NCBI GenBank assembly: GCA_965206645.1
Contig: CBDBKE010000004.1
Coordinates: forward strand, 512,001-576,000
Length of the DNA: 64,000 nucleotides
Direction of reading: 5' to 3'
From: Terriglobia bacterium
Lineage (GTDB): Bacteria; Acidobacteriota; Terriglobia; JAJPHL01; JAPKYU01
The translations under genes and the position numbers were made by a program. The notes beneath the pieces are model-generated. The model did not search any database and had not been told where the DNA came from. It saw only the letters and a program-made list of their open reading frames with translations. Of the stretch, positions 41,187 to 51,690 are shown in pieces (positions within the stretch are counted from its first letter, which is position 1; every line of letters starts with the position of its first letter).

Positions 41187-42470
41187 TCAGGACGCCACCC
41201 TGGCCGGACACGGCGGGTGCGTAAGGCGCAGATTGAGCGACCTCTCGATGACCCGCAGCGCCGGCATCTCCTCTGGTGCAACGAGGGTGACCGCTGTGCC
41301 TGTCGCGGCGGCACGTCCGGTTCGACCGACGCGGTGCACGTACGCATCAGGGGTGGTGGGCACTTCGTAGTTGATGATGTGTTCGATGCATTCGATGTCG
41401 AGGCCACGGGCGGCGATGTCGGTCGCGACCAGCACCTGGTAGCGTCCGCTCCGGAACCCTTCGATGGCCGCCGTCCGCTGGCTCTGCGTCCGGTTCGCGT
41501 GCAACGCCGCACAACGGATGTTGCCCGACGCGATGCGCTTCGCGAGTCGCTCGGCCCAATGCTTGGTTCGGACGAACACGAGCGTCGGCCCGTTCGTGCG
41601 GCGGAGGAACCCCGCCAGCCACGGCGTCTTCTCGTGCGACGGGAGGACGTGCCCGACATGGGTAATCGCCGTCGCCAGGCCGCTGGTCCGTCCGACCCGG
41701 ATGACCTTGGGGTCGCGCATGATCAGGGTCGCTGCCCGCATGACGTCGTCAGACGTCGTGGCTGCGAAAAGCAACGTCTGACGGCTACCGGGGAGCGCGG
41801 CGACGATACGCCGGACGTCGGGCCAAAAACCCATGTCCAGCATCCGATCGGCCTCGTCGAGCACCAGCACCTCGAGCCGGTCGAAGTTCGCCGCCTGACT
41901 CTGCAGGTGATCGAGCAGTCGCCCGGGCGTCGCCACGACGAGGTCGACTCGCGCGCGCAGCGCCTGTGCTTGCCCCTCCGCGCCGACGCCGCCGTACACC
42001 GCGACGCTCGAGAGCGGCGTGCCGTACGCAAACCCATCGAAGTCTTCGTCGATCTGAGCGGCGAGCTCGCGGGTCGGCGCGAGCACCAAGACGCGCGTGG
42101 CAGGGGCGATCGGGTGGGGGCTGCCGTCTGCAGCGGCGAGCAGTCGCTGCATGATCGGCAAGAGGAACGCGGCGGTCTTGCCCGTTCCGGTCTCCGCGCA
42201 GGCGATGAGATCCGCTCCCGTGAGGACCAGCGGAAAGACGGCGCTTTGGATCGGCGTCGTCCGAACGAAGCCGCGATCGGCCAACGCGCGGTTGAGGCGC
42301 CGATCGAGATTGAAGGTCGTGAAGTCAACCGGCGTCGGATCGTGGGCTGCCGGTTCAACAACCGCCATCGGCCGTGTGGGCGGGCGCGCCATCGAATGGC
42401 CCGTGGACGGACCACCCCGACGTCGCGGCGAGCGCCGCGAACGGGTGCGGAAACGTGTTGTGAAATTCAA
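41187..42470 (-). CDS. DEAD-box RNA helicase (RhlE-like)
   Basis: TPIQ, AETGTGKT, PTRELA, TPGRLLD, LDEADRMLDMGF, ARGLD, YVHRVGRTGR. Motif III reads FAAT rather than SAT. Confidence 0.9.
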   Translation of the reverse strand: MNFTTRFRTRSRRSPRRRGGPSTGHSMARPPTRPMAVVEPAAHDPTPVDFTTFNLDRRLNRALADRGFVRTTPIQSAVFPLVLTGADLIACAETGTGKTAAFLLPIMQRLLAAADGSPHPIAPATRVLVLAPTRELAAQIDEDFDGFAYGTPLSSVAVYGGVGAEGQAQALRARVDLVVATPGRLLDHLQSQAANFDRLEVLVLDEADRMLDMGFWPDVRRIVAALPGSRQTLLFAATTSDDVMRAATLIMRDPKVIRVGRTSGLATAITHVGHVLPSHEKTPWLAGFLRRTNGPTLVFVRTKHWAERLAKRIASGNIRCAALHANRTQSQRTAAIEGFRSGRYQVLVATDIAARGLDIECIEHIINYEVPTTPDAYVHRVGRTGRAAATGTAVTLVAPEEMPALRVIERSLNLRLTHPPCPARVAS

Positions 42471-42831
42471 AATGTGCGCTGAGCGTGGAGGGCACTCTTC
42501 CGAGGGGAGATCAACAGCGGGGGGCGGCTGTCACTAACTCTCGATTCCTTCGCTCAAATCTCCTTATCACTCTGTTGTCTCACGAACTGCAAGCGGCGTT
42601 CAAGTCGACCCGGACTGGTCGCTCTCCCCCAACCCGGCCGATTCCCCCCTTTGAGCGTGCCCTCCGAACCTGCGTAAGGAAGAAAACAAGAAGCCGATGA
42701 CCGGCTGGGGCTAATTGGTTATCAGGCACGAGGCCCGCAACGGGCACAATCGCCAGATCTTCGCCACAATAGCGCACGTCAGCGCGGGCGACGGCGGCTC
42801 AAATATAACCGCCTTGGTATAACCGATCCGA

Positions 42832-42884
42832 CATCGGGCCTTCTAAGCCGAGGGTCGCAGGTTCGAGTCCTGCCGGGCGCGCCA
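42832..42884 (+). repeat. tRNA-Arg(TCT) 3' fragment, att-like copy 3
   Basis: CATCGGGCCTTCTAAGCCGAGGGTCGCAGGTTCGAGTCCTGCCGGGCGCGCCA. Paired TATAACCG repeats lie upstream and an AT-rich tract downstream. Confidence 0.85.
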
Positions 42885-43506
42885 TATCTATTATGCAAGT
42901 TCTTTATTATACATTGTTTACAATAATCAATCCAGTAAACGTATACATTTCTATCAACAAGAGACACCCGGAACATCTGGGACCCGACGGGACGATCAGC
43001 ATCCAGGCGCCTGGCGTCATCTCGAGGGCACCCGCGACACGGAGGGGTGAGAGGACGGCGGTTTCCCAAGACCTCGTGCGGGACTGTGATCCGGCGATGC
43101 GGTCACTCGACGCGCCGGCCACGCAGCCGGTCGGCGACACGGCCACCTGTTCTCTTCAGATCCGTACCGTGCGTGGTGGCGCGAAGACGGGTCATCGGCT
43201 GCGGACCGAGATCTCCGACAGATTCGCGGCGCTGTGGCAGCGGAACCAGCTTGATGACGGTCTCTCGTCCCCGGGGCCAACCGGCAGCAGGTACGGCGAG
43301 CGCTGACGCCTCGATGACCGTCGAACTGATCCGCGCCACGCGCGGTCGCGGTGGAAGACGGTCTATAGTTCGTCCACTAGTGTCCATTGCCATGTATAGA
43401 AGCACAATAAGTGACTGATTAATAATAACTTATTGCTCACATCTACGGTCTACACCGGCTCAGGATATCTTACGGAATCCCTCATCATCCCGTATATAAT
43501 ACATGG

Positions 43507-44724
43507 ATGATTACAGAGACGACTCCGGCCCAGTCGCCCCGCAGAACCAAGCGCCGAGGCCGCCATCCCCACCACGCCCTCGCCCCCGCCTTCGTCCGCA
43601 CCGCCCCGCCGGGGCACCACATCGACGGCCACGGTCTCTACCTCTACGTCCAGCCGACCGGCGCCCGCAGCTGGATCCAGCGCCTCGTCATCCGCGGCCG
43701 GCGCTGCGAACTTGGCCTCGGCGCCGTCGCCCTCGTCTCGCTGGCCGAGGCCCGCGAGCAGGCCGTGGCCAACCGGAAGCTCGCCCGCGCGGGCGGCGAC
43801 CCACTCGCCGACAGGCGCCGCGTCCAGGGGACGCCCACCTTCGCCGAGGCCGCGACCACGGTGATCGACCAGAAGCGGGCCGGGTGGAAGACCCCCGCGC
43901 AGGTGCAGGCGTGGCGAGGCAGCCTGGAACGCTACGCGTTCCCGCGCCTCGGCCGGCGGCCGATCTCGGAGGTGGCCAGCGCCGACGTGCTCGCGATCCT
44001 CACCCCCATCTGGCACACCAAGCCGGTCATGGCCAAGACCGTCAAGCAGCGGATCCACACCGTGCTGGAGTGGGCCATCGCCATGAACCTGCGCACCGAC
44101 AACCCGTCGGACCGGGTCGGACCGGTGCTCGGTCCCCAGCGCAACATCGTGCAGCACATGCGGGCATTGCCGCACCGGGAGGTCGCCGCGGCGCTCGCGA
44201 CGGTGCGGGCGTCAGGCGCGCCCCAGGCCGTCACGCTGGCGTTCGAGTTGTTGGTGCTGACGGCCGCGCGGTCGGGCGAGGTCCGGCTCGCCGCGTGGGA
44301 CGAGATGGACATGACGGAACAGGTGTGGACCATCCCGGCCACGCGGATGAAGATGAAGCGGGACCACCGGGTCCCGCTGTGCGGGCGGGCGCTGGCGATC
44401 CTCGCCGCCGCGCGGACGCTTGGCGACGGCCCGCTCGTGTTCCCCAGCCGGAGCGGCCGGCGGCTGGCTGTCCCCCAACTGCGCCTGCTGCTCGCACGCT
44501 GCGGCATCGCCTGCGTGCCGCATGGATTCCGGTCCAGCTTCCGGGACTGGGCGGCCGAGGAGACGGACCATCCGCGCGAGGTCGTCGAGGCGGCGCTGGT
44601 GCACAGGGTCCAGAATCCGGTCGAGGCAGCCTACGCCCGCTCGGACTTGTTCGAACGGCGGCGGCGGTTGATGAACGACTGGGCCGCCTACCTCCGGGAG
44701 GTACGCGAGCCCGTTGTGGCATGA
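43507..44724 (+). CDS. int: P4-like tyrosine integrase with arm-binding domain
   Basis: DGHGLYL.V...G.RSW, LGLG...VSLAEAR, AARSGEV, HRVPL, PHGFRSSFRDW, LVH, AAYARSD; TATAAT just upstream. Confidence 0.92.
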   Translation: MITETTPAQSPRRTKRRGRHPHHALAPAFVRTAPPGHHIDGHGLYLYVQPTGARSWIQRLVIRGRRCELGLGAVALVSLAEAREQAVANRKLARAGGDPLADRRRVQGTPTFAEAATTVIDQKRAGWKTPAQVQAWRGSLERYAFPRLGRRPISEVASADVLAILTPIWHTKPVMAKTVKQRIHTVLEWAIAMNLRTDNPSDRVGPVLGPQRNIVQHMRALPHREVAAALATVRASGAPQAVTLAFELLVLTAARSGEVRLAAWDEMDMTEQVWTIPATRMKMKRDHRVPLCGRALAILAAARTLGDGPLVFPSRSGRRLAVPQLRLLLARCGIACVPHGFRSSFRDWAAEETDHPREVVEAALVHRVQNPVEAAYARSDLFERRRRLMNDWAAYLREVREPVVA

Positions 44725-44777
44725 AAGCCGCTCTATTGCACCATAGGCCGACGGGCCTTCACGCCTTGGTCAACCTA

Positions 44778-45901
44778 GTGCAGTGATCGCGAAACTACTT
44801 GTACGTAGGCGGACGGTTTGGTACCTTGCGGCCCATGAATCGAGTTGCCGCATTGCCGCTGACCGACGAGCAGCGTGCCACATTGGCGCGCTGGGTGCGC
44901 GGCGGCACCACACCGCAGCGGTTGGTCTTTCGCAGTCGCATCGTCTTGTTGGCCGCGCGTGGGATGCCAAGTAAGCACGTCGCGCGGCAGCTCAATACGA
45001 GCCAGGATACCGTCCGCTTGTGGCGGCGGCGATGCGCGGCGGGTGGTCCCGACGCGTTGCGGCGCGATGCGCCGGGACGAGGTCGGAAACGGCAGATTAC
45101 CGCCGCTCGCGAACAACAGGTCGTCGAGGTAACGCTGCACCGGGCGCCGCCACGCGCGACGCAGTGGAGTTTGCGGTCGATGGCCGCCACCCAGGGCCTG
45201 AGTCCCGCGTCGATCCATCGGATCTGGGTCGCGCATGGCCTGCAGCCGCATCGTGTCCGCACCTTCACGCTGTCGACCGATCCCGCGTTCGTCGAGAAGC
45301 TAACCGATGTCGTGGGGCTGTACGTGAATCCGCCGGACAAGGCCCTCGTGTTTTGTGTTGATGAGAAGAGCCAGATTCAAGCCCTGCAACGATCGCAGCC
45401 GGGGCTGCCGCTGAAGCCGGGACGATGACCCACGACTACCAACGACATGGCACGACCACCCTATTCGCGGCGCTGAATGTCCTCGAAGGCACGGTGATCG
45501 GCTCCTGCCACGCCCGCCATCGACATCAAGAGTTTCGGAAATGTCTCAACGTGCTCGACGCCGACACGCCGGCCGACATCGACGTGCATGCCATCGTCGA
45601 CAACTACGCCACGCATAAGCATCCCGCGATTCAGCGGTGGCTGCAGCGGCATCCGCGCTTCCACCTTCATTTCATTCCCACGAGCGCGTCGTGGCTCAAT
45701 CTCGTCGAAGTCTGGTTCGCCCATCTCACGAAGGAGCAGATTCGGCGCGGGGACTTCCTCGGCGTCCGCGACCTCATTGACGCGATCCAGGCCTACATCC
45801 ATAACTACAATCAACAGGCTGGCCCCTTCAGCTGGACCGCGCCCGCCGAGCGCATCCTGGAGAAAGTCATGAAGTGCCGAGCTGTTTCGGAATCACTGCA
45901 C
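44778..45901 (+). mobile_element. IS630-family element; transposase split at ~45425
   Basis: IRs GTGCAGTGAT/ATCACTGCAC flanked by TA (CTAG context); VDEKSQIQAL, THDY.RHGTT.L, DNY.THK, SWLNLVE. Confidence 0.92.
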
Positions 45902-46351
45902 TAGCGAATGCCCAAGCTCTGCTTGGTGAAACGGCACTCGCACAGGCTGCAGCGCCGGAAGCGGGAGAATTTTCGGACGCCGCATCGCGCGGCCATCGAA
46001 GCGGTCAGCGGGCCGCACCGTTCATCGTCCGAGCGACTCCAGTCCCGCGAGTCCGAGGACGGCCCGGGACGGATCCGCGTATGGTGCGAGAAAACGGCCG
46101 TGGCGAGTGAATACTCGGGTAGCCTGATGCCCGCAACTGTTCACCGCCTTGTCCCGCATTGAACTGCCTCATGGAATCAGGCGCACCGCTGCGTCGCCCC
46201 ACATTGAACAAAGCGGATTTGAGTTCAGCCCTTGCGTGACCGGTCGGGCTGGTATCTTTGAAATAAATCAGTTCCCGCCGTTTCTCAGGGACGTTGATGC
46301 CGAAGTCGCGGTTGCCGCCTGAGCCGAGCTGGGGCACCGTGCGGGCGTCAG

Positions 46352-46699
46352 ACTTTTTTCGTAGCGCCTCCGACAGCATGTGCTTGTCGAGGCTGAGATC
46401 CGCCACCAGGCGCTTCAGCCGCGTGTTTTCTTCCTCGATTCTGCCGGAGTCGCCGGAGTTCACTGACGCCCAGATGCGCCTACTTCTTCTTCCACGCATA
46501 GAACGTTGCCTCGCTGATGCCCACTTGGCGACAGACATCCCCTACGGCCGTGCCGGACTCGGCCTGGCGCAACGCGTACGCCACGTGTTCCTCGGAGAAT
46601 TTCGAACGCTTCATCGGTCCCATCCTTTCTGCCCTGGGGACCCTCAAAGCGCCACCGTACTGCAGTTCTAACCTGTCGTCGTTTTCGGGGGAAACGTCA
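46352..46699 (-). mobile_element. IS3-family left-end remnant (degraded OrfA)
   Basis: MKRSKFSEE..AYALRQAESG...GISEATFYAWKKK* ... EENTRLKRLVADLSLDK; TGACGTTTCCCCC end at 46699. Confidence 0.8.
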
Positions 46700-46799
46700 G
46701 CTTGCTGCGACTCGTCGTCGCGCGTCGTGCCCATCGCCATGAGCAGAGAGTAGTACAGCGGATCGATCGTGTCGATCCCCAGTCAGTCACTTTTACCGC

Positions 46800-47000
46800 G
46801 GGCTGGTAGAGGCGTGCTTGGTCCGTGTTGATGACGTGGGGCGGAGGATGCGACGGATCAGTCAGCGCCTTGCGGAACAGGCGGATAACCGCCGCGGCAT
46901 CGCGCCACCCCGAGAACACGAAGTCGATCGTGGCGCCGATGGAATCGAGGGTTCGGTAGAGGTAGCACCAGCGCCCCTTGATACGAACGTAGGTCTCATC
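46800..47000 (-). pseudogene. IS6-family transposase fragment
   Basis: DETYVRIKGRWCYLYR..D..G.TIDF..S..RD..A...F.KAL...P.VINTD. Confidence 0.8.
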
Positions 47001-47121
47001 GGGTTGTGTTGCACACTTTGGCCGACGGCGGCTGGTAGTCTGAAAAGATCATTCGCCTGCCTGTCCACCTTAAACCTGGATTTCCATTTGGGCCGTCCCG
47101 GTCGGCACCGTTAGCGTGGAT

Positions 47122-48804
47122 CTACCGGTTCGGCACGTAGCGGGCGGTAATGCCTGTGCCGACACGGGCGAGAATGAGCACCGGCACGAGGCCGGCCAGC
47201 ACGATGAGCAGCGCGGCGCCAGCCGCATCCTCGTAGGTCCCGCGGATCGCCTCGCCGTAGAGATGCGTGGCGAGCGTCTCGACGCCGATCGGCCGCAGGA
47301 GCAGCGTTGCTGGCAGTTCCTTCATGCAGTCCACGAACACCAGCATGGCCACCGTGGCGAGCGCCGGGCGCGACATCGGCAGGTGGATACGCCAAAGCCT
47401 ACGGCCTGCCGGTTCCCCCAGCGTGCTCGCTGCAGCGTCGAGCGACGGCGACACGCGGCTGAAGCCGGCCTCGATCCCCCCCGCCGCGATCGCCAGAAAG
47501 CGCACGAGGTAGGCGTAGATAAGCGCCGCACCCGAGCCGAGCATCAGCAGCCCGGTCGAGATCCCCAGGAAGCGTAACGAGAGGTTGTCGGTCGCACCGT
47601 CGATCCTGGTGACGACTGGTAGCAGGCCGAGCGCTAGCACGGTGCCAGGCACCGCGTAGCCGAGCGAGGCGACGCGCGCCAGCACCGCCGGCAACTGCGA
47701 GCGCGCGATGCGCACGGCATAGACGATGGCAACCCCGCAGGCAACGGTGAGCACCGTCGCGATCGATGAGAGGATCACCGTGTTGAGCGCCTCGGTCACC
47801 ACGCTGGCCGAGACTCCAGCAAAACGGATACGGCTCATCGTTGCGTCCACGAGATACGCCGCCGGAAACAGAAACCCCACCGCCACCGGGACCGTGCAGC
47901 CAGCCACCGCCAGCGCTGCCGAGGTGCCGCGCAGCCGGTGCCGCGTGAGCGGACGGGGGTGCTGCGCGTCGTTGGCGTAGCGGCGCTGCCGCCGCGCCCA
48001 CCGCTCCAGCAACACGAGCGCGAGGACGATCGCGAGCATCGCCAACGCGATCTGCGCTGCCCCGGGCAGGTCCGAGCGGGTGATCCATGTCGTATAGATC
48101 GAGACCGTCATCGTGCGCACGCCGAGGAACTCCGACGCGCCGATGTCGTTGAGCGCTTCCATCAGCGCCAGGCTAAGGCCGACTGCGAGCGCGGGGCGCG
48201 CCAGCGGCAAAGCCACGCGCAGGAAGACGCCACGCTGTCCGACGCCGAGCGTTCGAGCCACGTCGATCAGGTTGGCCGCCTGCATCAGAAACATCGCCCG
48301 CGTCGTCAGGTAGACGTACGGGTAGAGCACGAAACTGAGCAGGATGATGCACCCGGCCATCGAGCGGATGTCCGGCAGTTGCAGGTCACGTGGGCTGTCG
48401 ACGCCCAGAAGCGCGCGGATCGCCGTCTGCACGGGCCCGACTGGGTGCAGGATGTCGAGGTAAGCGTAGGCGACGATGTAGGTAGGGACCGCGAGAGGGA
48501 GAAGGAGCGCCCAATCGAAGGCTTTGCGGCCGGGAAAGTCGTGCGCGCTCACCAGCCAGGCCGTGCCGGTACCGATCGCCGCGGTGAGCAGCCCCACGCC
48601 CGCCAGCAGGATGACCGTTTCGCGGGCGGCCACCGGCAGCACAAAGGTCATGAGGTGCTGCCAGAGATCTTCGGCGCCCCCGGCCGCGGCGAACATCAGC
48701 GCGACGAAGGGCAGGAACACGAGAAGCGCGAGGACGCCGGATGCCCCGACCCATGGGTTCACATCAGACCAGGGCCGGGGGGCGCCAAGCGCCGCGGGGC
48801 TCAA
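47122..48804 (-). CDS. fbpB: Fe3+ ABC transporter permease
   Basis: LLLPLAVPTYIVAYAY, YPYVYL, VALPLARP, GYAVPGTV, KELPATLLLRP. Confidence 0.9.
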   Translation of the reverse strand: MSPAALGAPRPWSDVNPWVGASGVLALLVFLPFVALMFAAAGGAEDLWQHLMTFVLPVAARETVILLAGVGLLTAAIGTGTAWLVSAHDFPGRKAFDWALLLPLAVPTYIVAYAYLDILHPVGPVQTAIRALLGVDSPRDLQLPDIRSMAGCIILLSFVLYPYVYLTTRAMFLMQAANLIDVARTLGVGQRGVFLRVALPLARPALAVGLSLALMEALNDIGASEFLGVRTMTVSIYTTWITRSDLPGAAQIALAMLAIVLALVLLERWARRQRRYANDAQHPRPLTRHRLRGTSAALAVAGCTVPVAVGFLFPAAYLVDATMSRIRFAGVSASVVTEALNTVILSSIATVLTVACGVAIVYAVRIARSQLPAVLARVASLGYAVPGTVLALGLLPVVTRIDGATDNLSLRFLGISTGLLMLGSGAALIYAYLVRFLAIAAGGIEAGFSRVSPSLDAAASTLGEPAGRRLWRIHLPMSRPALATVAMLVFVDCMKELPATLLLRPIGVETLATHLYGEAIRGTYEDAAGAALLIVLAGLVPVLILARVGTGITARYVPNR

Positions 48805-49835
48805 TCGTCGAACCCGACCTGGTCCACCAGCCGGCTCGCCGTGTTGCGGTGCCGCACGATCTCGGTGAGCGGCAGCGAGTCGATGTTCAGCGGGCCGAGC
48901 GCCGCGATGATCGGGTGCACCGTGGCGCCTGCCTTGACCGGGTACTCAAAGTTGGCTTCCGCGTAGAGCTTCTGGGCTTCATCCGACACAAGGTACTCGA
49001 GGAACCGCACGGCGGCGGCGCGATTCGGCGCGTTCCTCGCGACCGACGCCCCCGAGATGTTCACGTGCGTACCGCCCCTCTCGAACGTTGGCAGGATCAC
49101 CTTGATCGCTGCGCCCCACTGCTCCTGCTCAGGCCCGCCGGCGCCGCTGCGCATCAGCCCGACGTAGTAGGAGTTGCCGATTCCGATCTCGCAAATGCCG
49201 CCCATGATGTCACGCGCAACATCACGGTCGCCGCCAGCGGCCGTACGCCCCAGATTCGACGTGAGCCCGCGCAGCCAGCTCTCGGTCTGCGCCTCGCCGT
49301 GATGAGCGATGTAGGCCGCGAAGAGCGCCGTGTTGTACGGGTGCTGTCCGGCGCGGCTGCAGACCCTGTCGCGCCACTGAGGATCGTCGAGTTGCTCGTA
49401 GGTGAAGGACGAAAGATTGAGGTCCCTAGCTGCGTAAAGGACGCGGGCGCGCATCGAGAGGGTGAACCACTCGCCGTTCGGCCCGCGCAGGTTCGACGGG
49501 ATCGCGCTTTCGAGCGTCGCCGACTCGACCGGCTGGGTCAGCCCCCGTTGCACTAAGTCAAGCAGGTTACCCAAATCGACCGTCATCAACACGTCGGCCG
49601 GCGACCGTGTGCCCTCGGCCCCGACGCGCTCGGCGAGCCCGCCGCGCACGAAGAGGCTGTTGACCGTGACGCCGCTCTGCTCGGTGAAGGCATCGAGCAA
49701 TGGCTGGATGAGGCCGGGTTCGCGTGTCGTGTAGAGATTCAACTCCTGCGCAGCGACGGGGCCGGCGACCAGGGCTGCCAGGCAGGCCAGCAGGCCCACT
49801 CGCGTGAGGCGGTTCAACGGGCTACGGGTTATCAT
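48801..49835 (-). CDS. fbpA: Fe3+ ABC transporter substrate-binding protein (FbpA/FutA-like)
   Basis: Signal peptide, LNLYTTR, EG..SPADV, RARV, HPYN, GGDRD, NSYY (iron-ligand Tyr pair), HVNISG, NFEYPV. Confidence 0.9.
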   Translation of the reverse strand: MITRSPLNRLTRVGLLACLAALVAGPVAAQELNLYTTREPGLIQPLLDAFTEQSGVTVNSLFVRGGLAERVGAEGTRSPADVLMTVDLGNLLDLVQRGLTQPVESATLESAIPSNLRGPNGEWFTLSMRARVLYAARDLNLSSFTYEQLDDPQWRDRVCSRAGQHPYNTALFAAYIAHHGEAQTESWLRGLTSNLGRTAAGGDRDVARDIMGGICEIGIGNSYYVGLMRSGAGGPEQEQWGAAIKVILPTFERGGTHVNISGASVARNAPNRAAAVRFLEYLVSDEAQKLYAEANFEYPVKAGATVHPIIAALGPLNIDSLPLTEIVRHRNTASRLVDQVGFDD

Positions 49836-50932
49836 CAAACTCCTTCGGCACGAACGGGCATCAGGGCACTGTGCTCGTCGTAGGCCACGACCTGCACGTC
49901 CTCGGGATCGACTGCGAGATACACCGTGTCGTCGGGCGACAGCCGCGTGCGCCCCGGCGTGCGGATCGTCAGCGGCGCGGCCAAGCCGTTCACCGCCACG
50001 GCCACGTGATTGACCTCGCCCAAGAACGAGGTGCTGACCACTCGGCCGGGCACGCCGTCGCCGTGAGGTGCGACCCGGACGCTGTGCGGGCGGATGCAAA
50101 CGCAGGCCTCCGTCTGGTCGGCCAAGTGCGGCGCGGTGAAGCAGCCAAGCGGCGTCAGAACGTAGCCGTCCCTGCAAACCCCACGCAGCTCGTTGACGTT
50201 GCTGATGAAGCGCGCGGCGGCAAGAGTCGCTGGCTTGCTGTACAGGTCCTCGGGGGGAGCACACTCAACAAGTCGCCCCTCGTGCAGCAACGCGATCCGA
50301 TCGGCAAGGCGCATCGCCTCACCGGGGTCGTGCGTGACGAGGACCGCCGTCGTGCGGGTCTCGCGGAGCAGCTTCAAGGTGTCTTGACGGATGCGATCGC
50401 GCAGACGGCTATCGAGGCTGGAGAATGCTTCGTCCATGAGCAGCACGCGTGGGCCAGGCAGGAGAGCGCGAGCCAGCGCGACGCGCTGCTGCTCGCCTCC
50501 CGACAGCATGTGCGGGTAGCTGTCCGCATACTGACGCAGCCCCACGCGGTCGAGCATCACGGCCACCCGTGAGTCGACATCGGCCTTGCGCTGCCGCCGA
50601 ATCCCGAATGCGACGTTGGCCGCCACGGTCAGGTGTGGGAAGAGCGCGTAGTCCTGAAAGACCATCCCGACGCGGCGCTCTTCGGGCTCGACGAATGTGC
50701 CCCGCCCGGCCACCGCGACGCCGTCGAGCAGCACGCGACCAGACCAAGGGCGCTCGATCCCGGCAATCAGCCGCAACAGCGTGGACTTGCCCGAACCCGA
50801 GGGGCCCAGCAGGCACACAATTTCCCCTTCGGCCACCTCCAGTGAAACGCCGTCCACCGCCAGGATTGGCCCGTAGCGGAACGACACGGCATCCAGAGAA
50901 AGCCTCGGCGTAGAACTGAGACTCAGTCTCAT
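49835..50932 (-). CDS. fbpC: Fe3+ ABC transporter ATP-binding protein
   Basis: GPSGSGKST, MVFQDYALFPH, LSGGEQQRVALARAL, LLMDE, VTHD, TOBE-like C-terminus. The upstream part of ORF 49835..51556 is antisense to an integrase remnant. Confidence 0.9.
   Translation of the reverse strand: MRLSLSSTPRLSLDAVSFRYGPILAVDGVSLEVAEGEIVCLLGPSGSGKSTLLRLIAGIERPWSGRVLLDGVAVAGRGTFVEPEERRVGMVFQDYALFPHLTVAANVAFGIRRQRKADVDSRVAVMLDRVGLRQYADSYPHMLSGGEQQRVALARALLPGPRVLLMDEAFSSLDSRLRDRIRQDTLKLLRETRTTAVLVTHDPGEAMRLADRIALLHEGRLVECAPPEDLYSKPATLAAARFISNVNELRGVCRDGYVLTPLGCFTAPHLADQTEACVCIRPHSVRVAPHGDGVPGRVVSTSFLGEVNHVAVAVNGLAAPLTIRTPGRTRLSPDDTVYLAVDPEDVQVVAYDEHSALMPVRAEGV
50917..50931. promoter_or_regulatory. Fur-box-like 7-1-7 palindrome
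   Basis: TGAGACT-C-AGTCTCA, a perfect inverted repeat at the head of an iron-uptake operon. Confidence 0.65.
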
Positions 50933-50984
50933 TATGAATGAGCAGCATAACTCTGGCCAATCAAGTCGGTCAAGGTCGTACTGT

Positions 50985-51690
50985 CCGAACTTCAGCCGCC
51001 GCGGTTCGTGCGCACCGCCCAGCCCGGCTTCTACTGCGACGGCCGCGGCCTGAACTTGCGCGTCGACCCGTCCGGGGCGCGGCGGTGGGTGCAACGGCTG
51101 GTCATTCGAGACCGACCCCGGATGCTCGGGCTCGGCGGCTACCCGCTGGTGTCGCTGGCCGAGGCGCGCGACGTGGCGTTCGCCCACCGTAAGCAGGCGC
51201 GGGCAGGCGGAGATCCGCTGACCGAGCAGCGCCATGTTCAGCACGTACCCACGGTCGAAGAAGCCGCCGCCGCGGTGCTTGAGCAGCAGCGCCGCGGCTG
51301 GCGGCATGCCAAGTACGCGCGGGACTGGCCGCGCAGTCTGCGCGTCTATGCGTTCCCGCGCATCGGGGCGCGCGCTCGCGATCCTGCACGACGCACCGAG
51401 ACTGAGCGATTGCACCGGCCTCGTGTTCCGCAGTCGGTGCGGGAAGCCACTCTCCACCGTGACGCTGTCGAAATTGATCAAAGAACTCGGCATCGCCGCC
51501 GTGCCGCATGGGTTCCGGTCGAGCTTTCGGGATTGGGCGGCGGAGCGGACGAACACACCCCGCGAAGTGGTCGAAGCGGCGCTCGCTCATACGGTGCGCA
51601 ACCCGACAGACGCAGCATATGCGCGCAGTGATCTTCGAGCGCTGGCGTCGCCTGATGGACGACTGGGCGTCTGCCATCTATACGAGATAA
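50985..51690 (+). pseudogene. P4-like integrase with internal deletion and frameshifts
   Basis: DGRGLNLRV...LGLGGYPLVSLAEAR...YAFPRIG is joined directly to GRALAIL...PHGFRSSFRDW...LAH...AAYARSDL. Confidence 0.85.

Noticed and set aside
42780-42884. Complete tRNA-Arg gene
   Set aside because: No 5' acceptor strand or D-arm upstream of the anticodon stem; the same holds for the copies at 39473 and 41086.
43507-44724. Integron integrase with attC cassettes
   Set aside because: It has an N-terminal arm-binding domain and no IntI-specific insertion, and no attC-type palindromes were seen.
48801-50264. 487-aa binding protein
   Set aside because: The extension overlaps fbpC in another frame; the signal peptide begins at 49835.
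49835-51556. 573-aa ABC ATPase with a novel N-terminal domain
   Set aside because: The first 208 codons are the antisense of the integrase remnant.
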